Shown here: one piece after another, positions 29,790 to 39,596 of the stretch | Numbering within the stretch: position 1 is the first letter of the stretch | Layout: each line of letters starts with the position of its first letter | Assembly: GCA_963815115.1 (NCBI GenBank) | Contig: CAWFFN010000007.1 | Location: 992,001 to 1,056,000, forward strand | DNA from: an uncultured delta proteobacterium | GTDB lineage: Bacteria; Desulfobacterota; Binatia; DP-6 | Direction of reading: 5' to 3' | DNA length: 64,000 nt | Notes under the pieces: generated by a model | What the model saw: only the letters and a program-made list of their open reading frames with translations | Databases searched by the model: none | What the model was told of the DNA's origin: nothing | Position numbers and translations under genes: made by a program

Positions 29790-30757
29790 GCGGCGACGGT
29801 CGCGTTCGCGCGCCACCACTCGACGAGTCGACCGAGCCCCTCGCGGAGATCGACCTGGGCGCGGAAGCCCAGCAGGCGCTCGGCCTTCGCGGTGTCGGCC
29901 AGGCGCCGGGGCACCGGGTTGACCTTGCGCTCCGGACCGTACTCCGGCCGCAGGGTGGAACTCATCGTCGCGAGGAGCGCGTCCGCGAGCTGGTTGAGAC
30001 TCGTCTCCCGGCCGCTGCCGACGTTGAACACGTCGTCGGTCACGTCCGACTGCAACGCCAGGATGTTCGCGCGCGCCACGTCCTCGATGTAGACGAAGTC
30101 CATCGTCTGGGTGCCGTCGCCGAGGATGAGGGGCGGCTGTCCGGCGGCGATACGCTCCATCCACCGGATCAGCACCTCGGTGTACTTGCCGTGGATGTCC
30201 ATGCGCGGCCCGTAGACGTTGAAGTACCGCAAGGCGACGTAGGGCAGCCCGTACATGTCGTTGAACGAGCGCAGGAGCCCTTCGAGCATGATCTTGCTCG
30301 CGCCGTACCACGTCCGGTTGTTGTAGGGGTGGTGGTCCTCACGGGTCGGGAAGGTATCGGCCATCCCGTAGATCGACGCGGAGGACGCGGTCACGACCTT
30401 CTTGACGCCTGCGGCCTGCGCCGCCTCGACGACGTTGAAGGTGCCGTCACACATCACCTCGAGCGCCGCGCGCGGCTCGGCCGCACAGGCGGTGATCCGC
30501 AGCGTCGCCATGTGGATGACCGCGTCGATTCCCTCCATGACCTGGTGAACGGTGCCGACGTCCCGGATGTCGCCGCGCACCAGCGTCACGCGCCCATCCG
30601 CCAGCGCGTGCTCCACGTTGCCGAGGCTCCCGCGCTCGAGGTTGTCCACGATGACGATGCGGCCGGGGTCGTGGTCGTGCAGCAGCAGGTCGATGGTCGT
30701 CGATCCGACGAGGCCGCAGCCGCCGGTGACCAGGATGTTCGCGCCGTCGAGCTTCAT
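29786..30757 (-). CDS. NAD-dependent nucleotide-sugar epimerase/dehydratase
   Basis: TGGCGLVG, YGASK, LRYFNVYGP. Confidence 0.92.
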   Translation of the reverse strand: MKLDGANILVTGGCGLVGSTTIDLLLHDHDPGRIVIVDNLERGSLGNVEHALADGRVTLVRGDIRDVGTVHQVMEGIDAVIHMATLRITACAAEPRAALEVMCDGTFNVVEAAQAAGVKKVVTASSASIYGMADTFPTREDHHPYNNRTWYGASKIMLEGLLRSFNDMYGLPYVALRYFNVYGPRMDIHGKYTEVLIRWMERIAAGQPPLILGDGTQTMDFVYIEDVARANILALQSDVTDDVFNVGSGRETSLNQLADALLATMSSTLRPEYGPERKVNPVPRRLADTAKAERLLGFRAQVDLREGLGRLVEWWRANATVAA

Positions 30758-30776
30758 GTCGAGGTTTTTCCGCCTT

Positions 30777-31427
30777 TCAGAGCTGTCGTGCCGGATTGCC
30801 AGCCACTCGCGCGCCGGCCGGGACGTCCCGGATCACGCTGGAGCCCATGCCGACCAGAGCGCGATCGCCGAGACACAGGCCGTTCATGATGCTCGCGCCG
30901 CTGCCGATGTAGCAGTTCTCTCCCACCGTGGTGTTGCCGGCGATGGTGACGTTCGAGCCGATCAGGGTCCAGTCGCGCACCACCACGTCGTGATGGATGA
31001 CCGTGTTGGGCAGGATGCAGACGTGGTCGCCGATGACCGCGTTGCTGGTGATCGCGACCCCGGCCATGACGAGGACGTTCTTCCCCACCACGGCGAGCGA
31101 CGAGATGCGGGCGCTGGGATGCACGACGCGGGCGAAGCGATCGGCGCCGAGCCCGAGCCCGTCGATGATCTCGCGCCGGACCTGGTAGGACGTCGCGCTG
31201 CCGGGGACCGCCAGCACCGCCGCATCGGCCCGCTTCGCGAGCACGCCGCGATCGAAGACCGGATGGCCATGGGCATTCCCGGCCCGCTTCTCCGGCGTGT
31301 CGTCCACGAATCCCACGCAGCGGTACGCGTTCCCCAGGCAGTCGAGGGCCTCGAGGCCGTTGCCGTTGCAGGGGAAGATCAGCAGTGGCGACGCGTCCGG
31401 CACGTTCCTGGTCTCGCTTCGGGTCAT
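30777..31427 (-). CDS. NeuD/PglD-family sugar acetyltransferase
   Basis: GFVDD N-terminal domain, VHPSA, IHHD, hexapeptide repeats, GNPAR. Confidence 0.88.
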   Translation of the reverse strand: MTRSETRNVPDASPLLIFPCNGNGLEALDCLGNAYRCVGFVDDTPEKRAGNAHGHPVFDRGVLAKRADAAVLAVPGSATSYQVRREIIDGLGLGADRFARVVHPSARISSLAVVGKNVLVMAGVAITSNAVIGDHVCILPNTVIHHDVVVRDWTLIGSNVTIAGNTTVGENCYIGSGASIMNGLCLGDRALVGMGSSVIRDVPAGARVAGNPARQL

Positions 31428-31437
31428 CCCGGGCCGA

Positions 31438-32541
31438 TCACGCGGCCCGGGCGAGGCGGCGCACGGCGCCGCACACCGTCTCGCATTGCGCCGCGGTCAG
31501 CTCGGGGAACATGGGCAGGGACAGGACCTCCCGCGCCGCGTGCTCGGAGGCGGGAAACCGGCCGGCGCGATAGCCCAGGTCGGCGAAGGCGGGCTGGAGA
31601 TGCACCGGGATCGGGTAGTGAACGCCGGTGTGGATGCCGTCGCGCTGGAGCGCGTCCTGCCACTCCTGCCGGCTACCGGTGCGAACGGCATAGATGTGGT
31701 AGACGTGGCGCATGGCGGTCGCCGGCGGCAGCGTCTCCACGCCGCCGTCGATCAGCAGCTCGTCGTAGCGCGCGGCGGCGGCACGGCGGGCCTCCGTCCA
31801 GTCTTCCAGGTGGCGCAGCTTCACGCGCAGCACCGCGCCCTGGATCCCCTCCATGCGATAGTTGTAGCCCTTCAGCACGTGCTGGTACTTCTTCTCGGCG
31901 CCCCAGTCGCGCAGCATCCGGAGCGTGCGCGTGTACTCGGGGCTATCCGTCACCACGATCCCGCCCTCGCCGTACGCGCCGAGGTTCTTGCCGGGATAGA
32001 AGCTGAAGCAGGCCATGTCGCCGAGGCTTCCCGCGCGCCGTCCCTTGTACTCCGCGCCGTGCGCCTGCGCGGCGTCCTCGATGACGACGATCCCGTGGCG
32101 GCGCGCGATCGCGACGATGGGGTCCATGTCGGCCGGACGGCCGTACAGGTGCACGGGGATGATCGCCTTGGTCCGGGGCGTGATCGCCGCCTCGACGGCT
32201 CCCGGGTCCATGGTCAACGTGGACGGATCGACGTCCACGAACACCGGCCGCGCGCCGGTGTAGGCGATCGCCGACACCGTGGCGATGAAGGTGAACGGAA
32301 CGGTGATCACCTCGTCGCCCGGGCCGACGCCGGCGGCGAGCAGCGCGAGATGCAATGCGCTGGTGCCGCTGTTGACGCCGATCCCGTGCTCGGCGTGACA
32401 GTAGGCGGCGAACTCGTTCTCGAACGCCGCCACCTCGCTGCCGAGCGTGAACTCGCAGGTCTCCAGGACCGACGCGATCGCCGCGTCCACCTCGGGCTTG
32501 ATCGCCCGGTACTGGGCCTTCAGATCGACGAAGGGAATCAC
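31438..32541 (-). CDS. DegT aminotransferase (WbpE/FdtB-like sugar 3-aminotransferase)
   Basis: IPFVDL, IEDAAQAHGA, SFYPGKNLGAYGEGG. Confidence 0.92.
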   Translation of the reverse strand: MIPFVDLKAQYRAIKPEVDAAIASVLETCEFTLGSEVAAFENEFAAYCHAEHGIGVNSGTSALHLALLAAGVGPGDEVITVPFTFIATVSAIAYTGARPVFVDVDPSTLTMDPGAVEAAITPRTKAIIPVHLYGRPADMDPIVAIARRHGIVVIEDAAQAHGAEYKGRRAGSLGDMACFSFYPGKNLGAYGEGGIVVTDSPEYTRTLRMLRDWGAEKKYQHVLKGYNYRMEGIQGAVLRVKLRHLEDWTEARRAAAARYDELLIDGGVETLPPATAMRHVYHIYAVRTGSRQEWQDALQRDGIHTGVHYPIPVHLQPAFADLGYRAGRFPASEHAAREVLSLPMFPELTAAQCETVCGAVRRLARAA

Positions 32542-33566
32542 GCCATGCGCTCCTGTCGCGGGAGATGGACGGTTTCGCCCTTGCCCCGCATCGAGCTCGT
32601 CGCCGCCTCGATCAACTCCACGACGCGCACCCCCAGATGCCCGCCCGTCTGGGGTGCCGTGCCGTTCGCGATGCAGTCGACGAAATGCTCCCCGGCCACG
32701 TGCAGGGCCTCCGTGCCGTCCAGCCGCGGAGCCCACATGTCGCCGGTCCGGTACCCGACGCGCATCTGGTAGATCTGCTTCGGGTCGTCCGTGAAGCTGA
32801 TGCCCTTGTCGTACACCTTGACCTTCTCGCTCGGCTGCAGGTCGTCGTAGGTGATCATCCGCTTGCTGCCGCCGATCAGGATCTGCCGCACCTTCACGGG
32901 CGCGAGCCAGCTGACGTTGGCGTGCGCGATGACCCCGGAGTCGTAGAACAGCGAGATGTACGCCAGGTTCTCGGGCGTCCCGGGGAAGTGGTTGATCCCG
33001 CTGGCGGACACCGCGACGGGATGCTCCTTCAGGAGGAAGTCCAGGATCGAGAAGTCGTGCACGCCAAGGTCCGAGATCACGTTCACGTCGCGCTGGAAGA
33101 GCCCGAGGTTCACGCGGATGGAGTCGTAGTAGTAGACCTGCCCGAGGTCGCCGTCCCCGATGATCTGCCCCATCTTCCGGACCGCATCGGTGTAGATGAA
33201 GGTATGGTCGACCATGAGCACGCGCTGGCGCCGCTCCGCCTCGTCGACCAGCTTGCGCGCCTGGAGCGACGTCTCCGCCATCGGCTTCTCGAGCCAGAGG
33301 TGCTTGCCGGCCTTGAGGGTCGCCATGCCGAGCTCGAAGTGAGTCGCGACCGGCGTGGCCAGCGCGATCGCGTCCACCGACGGATCGTTCAGGAGCTCGT
33401 GAAAGTGCGTGGTCACCTTCACGGCGGGGAACCGCCGCTGCACGGTGGCGAGCTTCGCCTTGTCGAGGTCCGCGACGGCCGCCACCTCGGCGCCCTGCAT
33501 CTCGGCGAAGTTCCGCACGAGGTTCGGACCCCAGTAGCCGTAGCCGATGATGCCGATTCTGATCAT
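32538..33566 (-). CDS. Gfo/Idh/MocA oxidoreductase (WbpB-like sugar 3-dehydrogenase)
   Basis: GYGYWGPNL, EKP, DLGVHD. Confidence 0.9.
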   Translation of the reverse strand: MIRIGIIGYGYWGPNLVRNFAEMQGAEVAAVADLDKAKLATVQRRFPAVKVTTHFHELLNDPSVDAIALATPVATHFELGMATLKAGKHLWLEKPMAETSLQARKLVDEAERRQRVLMVDHTFIYTDAVRKMGQIIGDGDLGQVYYYDSIRVNLGLFQRDVNVISDLGVHDFSILDFLLKEHPVAVSASGINHFPGTPENLAYISLFYDSGVIAHANVSWLAPVKVRQILIGGSKRMITYDDLQPSEKVKVYDKGISFTDDPKQIYQMRVGYRTGDMWAPRLDGTEALHVAGEHFVDCIANGTAPQTGGHLGVRVVELIEAATSSMRGKGETVHLPRQERMA

Positions 33567-33955
33567 GCCGCGGTGCCCTTCTCGATGGAGATCAGCGCGA
33601 TGCCGGCGAGGATGACCGCCAGCCCCAGCACCTGTCGCCGGGTGAGAGACTCGCCGAAGACGACGACGGCACCGGCGGTCACCAGCGTGAACGTGCAGCT
33701 CACCAGCAGCGGATAGGCGACGCTCAGCCGCTCCGTGGCGACCACGCGGAACCAGACGACGCTGGCCAGAAAATACAGGATGAACCCGGTCGTGAAGCGC
33801 GGCTCCAGGAACAGGCGGACGAGCGAGCGCATCGTCTCGGCGAGACCGCCGAACGAGAAGCCGCCCGCGGCCACGATCCCCGAACGCAGCAGCAGATTGG
33901 CGGCCATCGTCAGGGCCGCGGTCACCAGGACCAGCACCAGACCACTTGCCGACAT
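33563..33955 (-). CDS. SMR/EamA-like small membrane protein (ArnE/ArnF-like flippase subunit)
   Basis: 130 aa, 4 TMs, LSVAYPL and FGE.L....LGL..IL.GI. Confidence 0.75.
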   Translation of the reverse strand: MSASGLVLVLVTAALTMAANLLLRSGIVAAGGFSFGGLAETMRSLVRLFLEPRFTTGFILYFLASVVWFRVVATERLSVAYPLLVSCTFTLVTAGAVVVFGESLTRRQVLGLAVILAGIALISIEKGTAA

Positions 33956-33957
33956 CG

Positions 33958-34437
33958 TCAGCGCCCTCGCGTCCGCGCGTCGCCGACGACCTTTGCAGGC
34001 ACCCCGGCGACGATCGCGTGGTCGGGCACGTCGCGGGTGACCACCGCCCCGGCTCCGACGAGGGCGCCCTCGCCCACCGTCAATCCCCCCAGGATGGTGG
34101 CGTTGCTGCCGATCGACGCGCGCGATTTGACCACGGTCCGGATGACCTCCCAGTCTGCGGCCGCCTGGAGCGTTCCGTCCTCGGTGACGGCGCTCGGATA
34201 GGTGTCGTTGATGAACATCACACCGTGGCCGACGAAGACACCGTCCTCGATCGTCACCCCTTCGCAGATGAAGGAGTGACTCGATATCTTGCAATTGGAT
34301 CCGACGGCGGCGCCTTTCTGAATCTCGACGAAGCTGCCGATCTTCGTCCCACCGCCGATGCGACAGCCGTAGAGATTCACCTGGTCGGGGTGAAAGACCA
34401 CGACGCCGGGCGCCAGCTCCACGTCTTCCGCTATCAT
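33958..34437 (-). CDS. LbH N-acetyltransferase (WbpD/WlbB-like)
   Basis: NLYGC.IG..TKIG.FVEIQK, ICEGVTIED.VFVGHGV.F.ND.YP. Confidence 0.88.
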   Translation of the reverse strand: MIAEDVELAPGVVVFHPDQVNLYGCRIGGGTKIGSFVEIQKGAAVGSNCKISSHSFICEGVTIEDGVFVGHGVMFINDTYPSAVTEDGTLQAAADWEVIRTVVKSRASIGSNATILGGLTVGEGALVGAGAVVTRDVPDHAIVAGVPAKVVGDARTRGR

Positions 34438-34594
34438 GGCGTCCTCCCGTCCACCGCACCTCCGGAACGCCGCTGCCGTAGAAGCGGCCGCACGATACGC
34501 TGCCGGTACGGGCTCCGGCAAGCCAGGCCTCCGGCCACGGTGCCGGGATGCGTGCCGCGCTCGAGCCGGGACGGCTGCCGCACGGAGCCGGCCC

Positions 34595-35728
34595 TCATGC
34601 GGCGTGCTCCGCCACCATCGCGCCGCGCAGGACGCCGACGATGCGCTCGCTCGCGCGGCCGTCGCCGTAGGGGTTGTGTGCGCGCGCCATCGCGTCGTAC
34701 GCCGCCCGATCGTGCAGCAAGCGCTCGGTCTCGGCCACGATCCGGCGGCGCGAGGTGCCGACCAGCCGCGCGGTGCCGGCCGCGATGCCCTCGCCGCGCT
34801 CGGTGGTGTCGCGCAGCACGAGCACGGGCTTGCCGAGAGCGGGTGCCTCCTCCTGGATGCCGCCCGAGTCGGTCAGCACCAGATGGCAGCGACGGAGCAG
34901 GCCGACGAGCTCCCAGTAGCGGAGCGGCGGCAGGAGGTGGATGCGGGGATGCCCCTGCAGCACGTGGCGCACGGCACTCTGAACCTGCGGATTGAGATGC
35001 ACCGGGTACACCAGCTCGACGTCCGGGTTGCGATCCGCCAGCTCGCGGAGCGCCCGGCAGAGCTCTCTCAGAGGCGTCCCGAAGCTCTCGCGGCGGTGCG
35101 CGGTGACCAGGACGAGGCGGCGTCCCGCATCGACCGGCAGGCGCAGACCCCCCGAGCGGCCGGCGAGTCGCTCCACGGCCCACAGCAACGCATCCACCAC
35201 CGGATTGCCGGTGACGACGACGTGCGACGCGGGCACGTGCTCGTGCAGCAGCTGATCGCGCGCCTGCGCCGTGGGCGCGAAGTGCCAGCGCGCGAGCGTG
35301 CCGACGAGCCGGCGGTTCGCTTCCTCGGGAAACGGAGAATCGAGGCGATGGGTGCGGAGGCCAGCCTCGACGTGGCCCACGGGAATGCGCGCATGGAAGG
35401 CGGCCAGCGCCGCCGCCAGCGTCGTGGTCGTGTCGCCCTGCACCAGGACGAGCGCCGGGCGTACGGAATCCAGCACCGCGGGGAGCCGCTCGAGCACCCG
35501 AGCCATGACCTCGCTCGGTGTCTGGTTCGCGCGCATCACGCCGAGGCGGTGATCCGGCCGCAGGTCGAAGAAGCCGAGCACCTGGTCGAGCATCTCGCGA
35601 TGCTGATCCGTGGCGCAGACCACCGGTTCGAGATCGGACGACGGAGCCGCGAGCGCGCGCACCACCGGCGCCATCTTGATCGCTTCGGGACGGGTGCCGA
35701 AGACGCACAGGACGCGGGGCCTATCCAT
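34595..35728 (-). CDS. wecB: UDP-N-acetylglucosamine 2-epimerase (non-hydrolysing)
   Basis: FGTRPEAIKMAP, QGDT, HVEAGLR, PFPEE.NR, HRRES, DSGGIQEE, NPYGDG. Confidence 0.93.
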   Translation of the reverse strand: MDRPRVLCVFGTRPEAIKMAPVVRALAAPSSDLEPVVCATDQHREMLDQVLGFFDLRPDHRLGVMRANQTPSEVMARVLERLPAVLDSVRPALVLVQGDTTTTLAAALAAFHARIPVGHVEAGLRTHRLDSPFPEEANRRLVGTLARWHFAPTAQARDQLLHEHVPASHVVVTGNPVVDALLWAVERLAGRSGGLRLPVDAGRRLVLVTAHRRESFGTPLRELCRALRELADRNPDVELVYPVHLNPQVQSAVRHVLQGHPRIHLLPPLRYWELVGLLRRCHLVLTDSGGIQEEAPALGKPVLVLRDTTERGEGIAAGTARLVGTSRRRIVAETERLLHDRAAYDAMARAHNPYGDGRASERIVGVLRGAMVAEHAA

Positions 35729-37305
35729 CACGAGGTGGCGCACAGGCGCCGGAGCGAGGTGGTGTCGAGCGCGTGGTGGCGATCGCGGTAGAGGTAACGA
35801 GGCCAGCCGTGCTCGTAGCGCTTCGGCAGCACGCGCAGGGCGGCGAAGCGATCGCCCAGATCGCAAGCCAGCACGTATTCGTCAGTCAGGAAGGCAAGCA
35901 CGTCGCGAGTCTCGAGAGGTTGGTTGGCGATGATGAAGGCAGGTCCGCCGGGGGCTAGCGCGGGCGCTGCGAGGCGGCGAACGACCGGACTGTCGGCCGC
36001 GTCGCGGCCCGGGCCCCGCACCAGGTCCTCGAGCGCCACCCAGTGGGCCGCCGGCCGGAGCGTGTAGCCGCTCGGCAGCTGACCCTGCCAGGGACCGAAG
36101 ACCGGGCCGCCCAGACCGCGCAGATATCCGACGAGATCCGCGTACGCCGCATGAGCCCCTGACGAAGGCAGAACGGGCCGTGGGTCATATGCGAGGGTGA
36201 TGAAGGCCAGGAGGAGTCCAATCGCCGGTAGCGGGCGCCGGTCCCATTCGGCCAGGCCGAGGGTTCCCACCAGGATGAACCAGGTCCCCATGGGGATGAA
36301 CACGTTCTCCGCGGACCCACGGTCGAGGGCCCCCATGAAGCCCGAGAGCATGGCGTAGACGAGCTGCACCCTCCAGGCATCGGGCCCCCGCCAGTGCCGG
36401 GCCAGGCTGACGACGCTCGCGGCGGCGAGCACGGGATAGAAGAGCCCGATGAACCCGAGATAGCGCAGCATCGACCGGGCGCGCAGATCGACACCCCAGT
36501 GCCGCGGCACCTCCCAGGTGAAGTAGTGAAAGTAGGGGCCGAAGAGCGCCGGGCCCGCGAAGACGTACAGGCCGGGACCGAGGACGATCGCCACGACCCA
36601 CGACGGCCAGCTCCGCAGCCCGTCGCGGAGCGAGAGGTACGCCAGTCCGCCGATCACGAAGAGCGCGCCGTGCTGCTTGAACCAGAACGACGCCACCAGG
36701 ATCGCCACGCCGGCCATGCTCCCGAGCTGCGAGCGCGTGCGGTCGAGCACGAACGTACCGGCGAGCGCAGCGAGCAGGAAGCAGGCATCGGAGTGCGCCG
36801 TGGCGAAGTAGCACTCCATGACGTCGTAGGCCGCGGCGAAGAGCCCGATCGCCACGAAGCCCCACCAGCCGCTGCCCGTCTTCTCGCGCAGCACCAGGAA
36901 GATGATGAGCGCGCTCAGCGCGGCGGCGGCCATCGAGATCAGCCGCAGGACGGGGAGGCTGACACCGCCCAGATACCCGACGGCCGCTCCCACCTCGTAG
37001 TAGAGCGGATTGTACGCCAGGGCGACGAACTCGGGGGCCGGCGCCGTGTAGATGGGACCGCCCGCCGCCGCGCGCTGGACGTGCTGCAGGACCGTGCCCT
37101 CCATCACGTCGAGGTCGAGGGGGAAGCCCACCTGCCGGGTCCAGAGGAAGCCGAGCAGCAGGAGGTTGGCCGCGGCGAGAACGACGAGGAGGGGCCGCAG
37201 CACGCGTCCGAGGCGGGGCCGACGGCGGAAGGGCAGCAGCAGGACGGCGACCAGCACGGCCGCGACGAAGGGCGCGGTCATGCGAGCGACGAACAGGCCG
37301 CTCAT
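35728..37305 (-). CDS. ArnT/GT39-like GT-C membrane glycosyltransferase
   Basis: DVMEG loop, YNPLYY, FKQ; multi-TM; ATGA overlap with the upstream gene. Only the last 525 aa of the 1759-aa track ORF look real. Confidence 0.78.
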   Translation of the reverse strand: MSGLFVARMTAPFVAAVLVAVLLLPFRRRPRLGRVLRPLLVVLAAANLLLLGFLWTRQVGFPLDLDVMEGTVLQHVQRAAAGGPIYTAPAPEFVALAYNPLYYEVGAAVGYLGGVSLPVLRLISMAAAALSALIIFLVLREKTGSGWWGFVAIGLFAAAYDVMECYFATAHSDACFLLAALAGTFVLDRTRSQLGSMAGVAILVASFWFKQHGALFVIGGLAYLSLRDGLRSWPSWVVAIVLGPGLYVFAGPALFGPYFHYFTWEVPRHWGVDLRARSMLRYLGFIGLFYPVLAAASVVSLARHWRGPDAWRVQLVYAMLSGFMGALDRGSAENVFIPMGTWFILVGTLGLAEWDRRPLPAIGLLLAFITLAYDPRPVLPSSGAHAAYADLVGYLRGLGGPVFGPWQGQLPSGYTLRPAAHWVALEDLVRGPGRDAADSPVVRRLAAPALAPGGPAFIIANQPLETRDVLAFLTDEYVLACDLGDRFAALRVLPKRYEHGWPRYLYRDRHHALDTTSLRRLCATS

Positions 37306-39587
37306 CGCCGCCTCCCGTCCGGCGCCACGAGGTACGCCGCCACCGCATCCGCGACGCGGCGGTGGCCCGCCGCGGTCCAGTGCATGTTGCCCGGCTGATA
37401 GGGACAGGAGCCGCCGCGTAGCACGTCGCGCAGGTCGTGGTACTCGGCCCCGACCGCCGCCGCGAGCTCCGCTGCCCAGCGCTGCGGGCGTTCGGTGTCG
37501 AAGCGCCGTGCGTCGCTCAGGTCCGTGCCGCGCGGCCAGTAGGCGAGATCGTGGGGGTCGCACACCTGGCCCGGCGCCGGCACCATCAGCACGACGAGAC
37601 GCGCGCCGATGCCATGAACGACGGCCGCGATCTCGCGCAGCCGCTCGGCCGTGATCGGGCGGCCCCCCTCCAGCCCGGGCCGGTCGCGCTCCAGCGCCGC
37701 GAAGTTGCCGAGGCTGTACCCGCGTTTCGTCGGCGTGCCGGTCAGGCGGGCGTACAGCGGCTGCAGCAGCTCGACCTTCACCAGATCGCGCAGGGCCGGC
37801 AGGGCCAGGATGCCCGACCACGTAGCCGGGCTCGGCCGCGCGAACCCGATCGACTCCCGGAAGTCCGCCTCGCTGGTCAGCGCGTCGTCGAAGTCGTTGA
37901 CGAACATCTCGACGACGACGACGTCGGGGCGGAAGCGCGGGGCGAACTCCCGGATCACCGCGGCCTCCTGATTCGGCCCGTAGCCGGTGATCGCGAAGTT
38001 CAGCACCTCGGCGTTCGCGCCCAGCGTGCGCTCCAGGAGGCGGGGCCACGCGAGCTCCGTGTCCACGCCTTCCGCGCTGGTGAAGGCGTCGCCGGTGACC
38101 AGCACCCGGAACGTGCCGGGAACGCGGCGCTCCGTCCGGTCGGGACCGGGGAAGCCCAGCGCGTTGGAACGGACGACGTAGTCGTAGCCGAGCCACCGCA
38201 GCCGCGTCTCGGTCGACGGCTGGAGTCGCCAGCCGAAGGCCTCGTGCGGCTCCAGGCTGGGCCGCTCGCCCCAGCCCCAGACCTCGCGCGGATCGAAGCG
38301 CCGTACGGTCAGCTCCGCGCCGACCAGCACCAGCGCGATGCCACCTCCGGCGAGTCCGAGCGCGACCGCCACGCGGCGCCATCCCAGGCGCCGCAGGCGA
38401 GCCGCGCCGGAGCCGACCGTCCATTCGAGTGCGACGGCCGAAGCCACCGTGAGGATCAGCGCGGCGGCGACGCCCGCCGTGATGCGACCGAGCCCGCCGG
38501 CGGTCCCGTGCGGCACGCACAGCGCGACGAACGGCTGGTGCGTCAGGAAGAGCGAGTACGAGTGGCGCCCGAGCCAGCTCCACCCGCCGCGCTCGCCTCG
38601 GGCACCTGCCGGACGAGCCGCCGACGCATAGACCAGGCCGAACGCGCCAGCACCGAGCAAGAACGGCGCGACGGTCATGCCGAGCAGGCCGAGCGAGAGC
38701 ACGGTGCCGGCGACCCAGGCTGCGAGGGCCGCGAGCCGGGTCGTCCGCCGGCGCAGCCAGGCGTCGGTCGCCGCCGGCCGGGAGTCCATCCACCCCGCCA
38801 GCGCCATGCCGAGCGCGAACTCGGGCAGGCGCGTGACGAAGATGGCGCCGCGCGACCATGCGTCGAGGTAGTCGTGGAAGACGAGCAGGCCCGCGCCGCG
38901 CACGACGAAGGCGAGCCCGAGCGCGGCCACCAGGAAGCGGGTCGCCCCGAGCCGGCGCAGCGCGGCCCAGAGGAGCGGGTACACCGCGTAGAGCTGGACG
39001 ACGAGCCCGACGTACCACCAGGCCGGCGCGAAGTAGTACAGCTGGTACGGCGTCACCCGCACCGCGAGCAGGTCGAGCCAGAACGTGCGTTCGCCCGGAT
39101 CGAGCCCGCGTCCCACGAGCAGGCACGGCACCACGAACAGCAGGTGGGCCGCCCACCACAGCGGGAAGATCCGCCGCGCGCGCCGCCGCCAGAAGTCGGC
39201 GAGCGACAACCGCGTCGCCGCGCCTTCGGTGAGAAGGCCCCAGGTGAGCGCGAACCCGCCGACGATGAGGAAGAGCTGCACGCCCTGGTCGCCGGACCAG
39301 CCGATCCAGCGCGCCAGGTTGAGCGGGACGTCGCGCCACCCGTGACCCGTGAGCGGCGCCAGCTGGGCGATACGATCGGCGAGCGGTGGCCAGGCTGCGT
39401 CGGGATTGGCGGCGTAGGGGAACCCGAAGAGGCGCTCGGCGACGTGATTCCAGACGATCCACACGAGCGCGAGCGCCTTCACCACCTCGACCCAGGCGAG
39501 GCGGACCGTCCGCGCTGCTCGCGCCGGCACGAGACGCGGGCAGGCGAGCGCGCTCGAGCGCTCGGGGCATACGACTTCGGGTTGCAC
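37302..39587 (-). CDS. Acyltransferase_3 / SGNH-like fusion (OafA/OatA-type O-acyltransferase with a degenerate SGNH site)
   Basis: GVQLF, RRRARRIFP, WYV, GRHSYSLFLTH (AT3); then N.LGF, VTGDAFT, GYGP.QE, NDFDD, NMHW...GH. Confidence 0.82.
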   Translation of the reverse strand: MQPEVVCPERSSALACPRLVPARAARTVRLAWVEVVKALALVWIVWNHVAERLFGFPYAANPDAAWPPLADRIAQLAPLTGHGWRDVPLNLARWIGWSGDQGVQLFLIVGGFALTWGLLTEGAATRLSLADFWRRRARRIFPLWWAAHLLFVVPCLLVGRGLDPGERTFWLDLLAVRVTPYQLYYFAPAWWYVGLVVQLYAVYPLLWAALRRLGATRFLVAALGLAFVVRGAGLLVFHDYLDAWSRGAIFVTRLPEFALGMALAGWMDSRPAATDAWLRRRTTRLAALAAWVAGTVLSLGLLGMTVAPFLLGAGAFGLVYASAARPAGARGERGGWSWLGRHSYSLFLTHQPFVALCVPHGTAGGLGRITAGVAAALILTVASAVALEWTVGSGAARLRRLGWRRVAVALGLAGGGIALVLVGAELTVRRFDPREVWGWGERPSLEPHEAFGWRLQPSTETRLRWLGYDYVVRSNALGFPGPDRTERRVPGTFRVLVTGDAFTSAEGVDTELAWPRLLERTLGANAEVLNFAITGYGPNQEAAVIREFAPRFRPDVVVVEMFVNDFDDALTSEADFRESIGFARPSPATWSGILALPALRDLVKVELLQPLYARLTGTPTKRGYSLGNFAALERDRPGLEGGRPITAERLREIAAVVHGIGARLVVLMVPAPGQVCDPHDLAYWPRGTDLSDARRFDTERPQRWAAELAAAVGAEYHDLRDVLRGGSCPYQPGNMHWTAAGHRRVADAVAAYLVAPDGRRR

Positions 39588-39596
39588 GGGCCGCGT

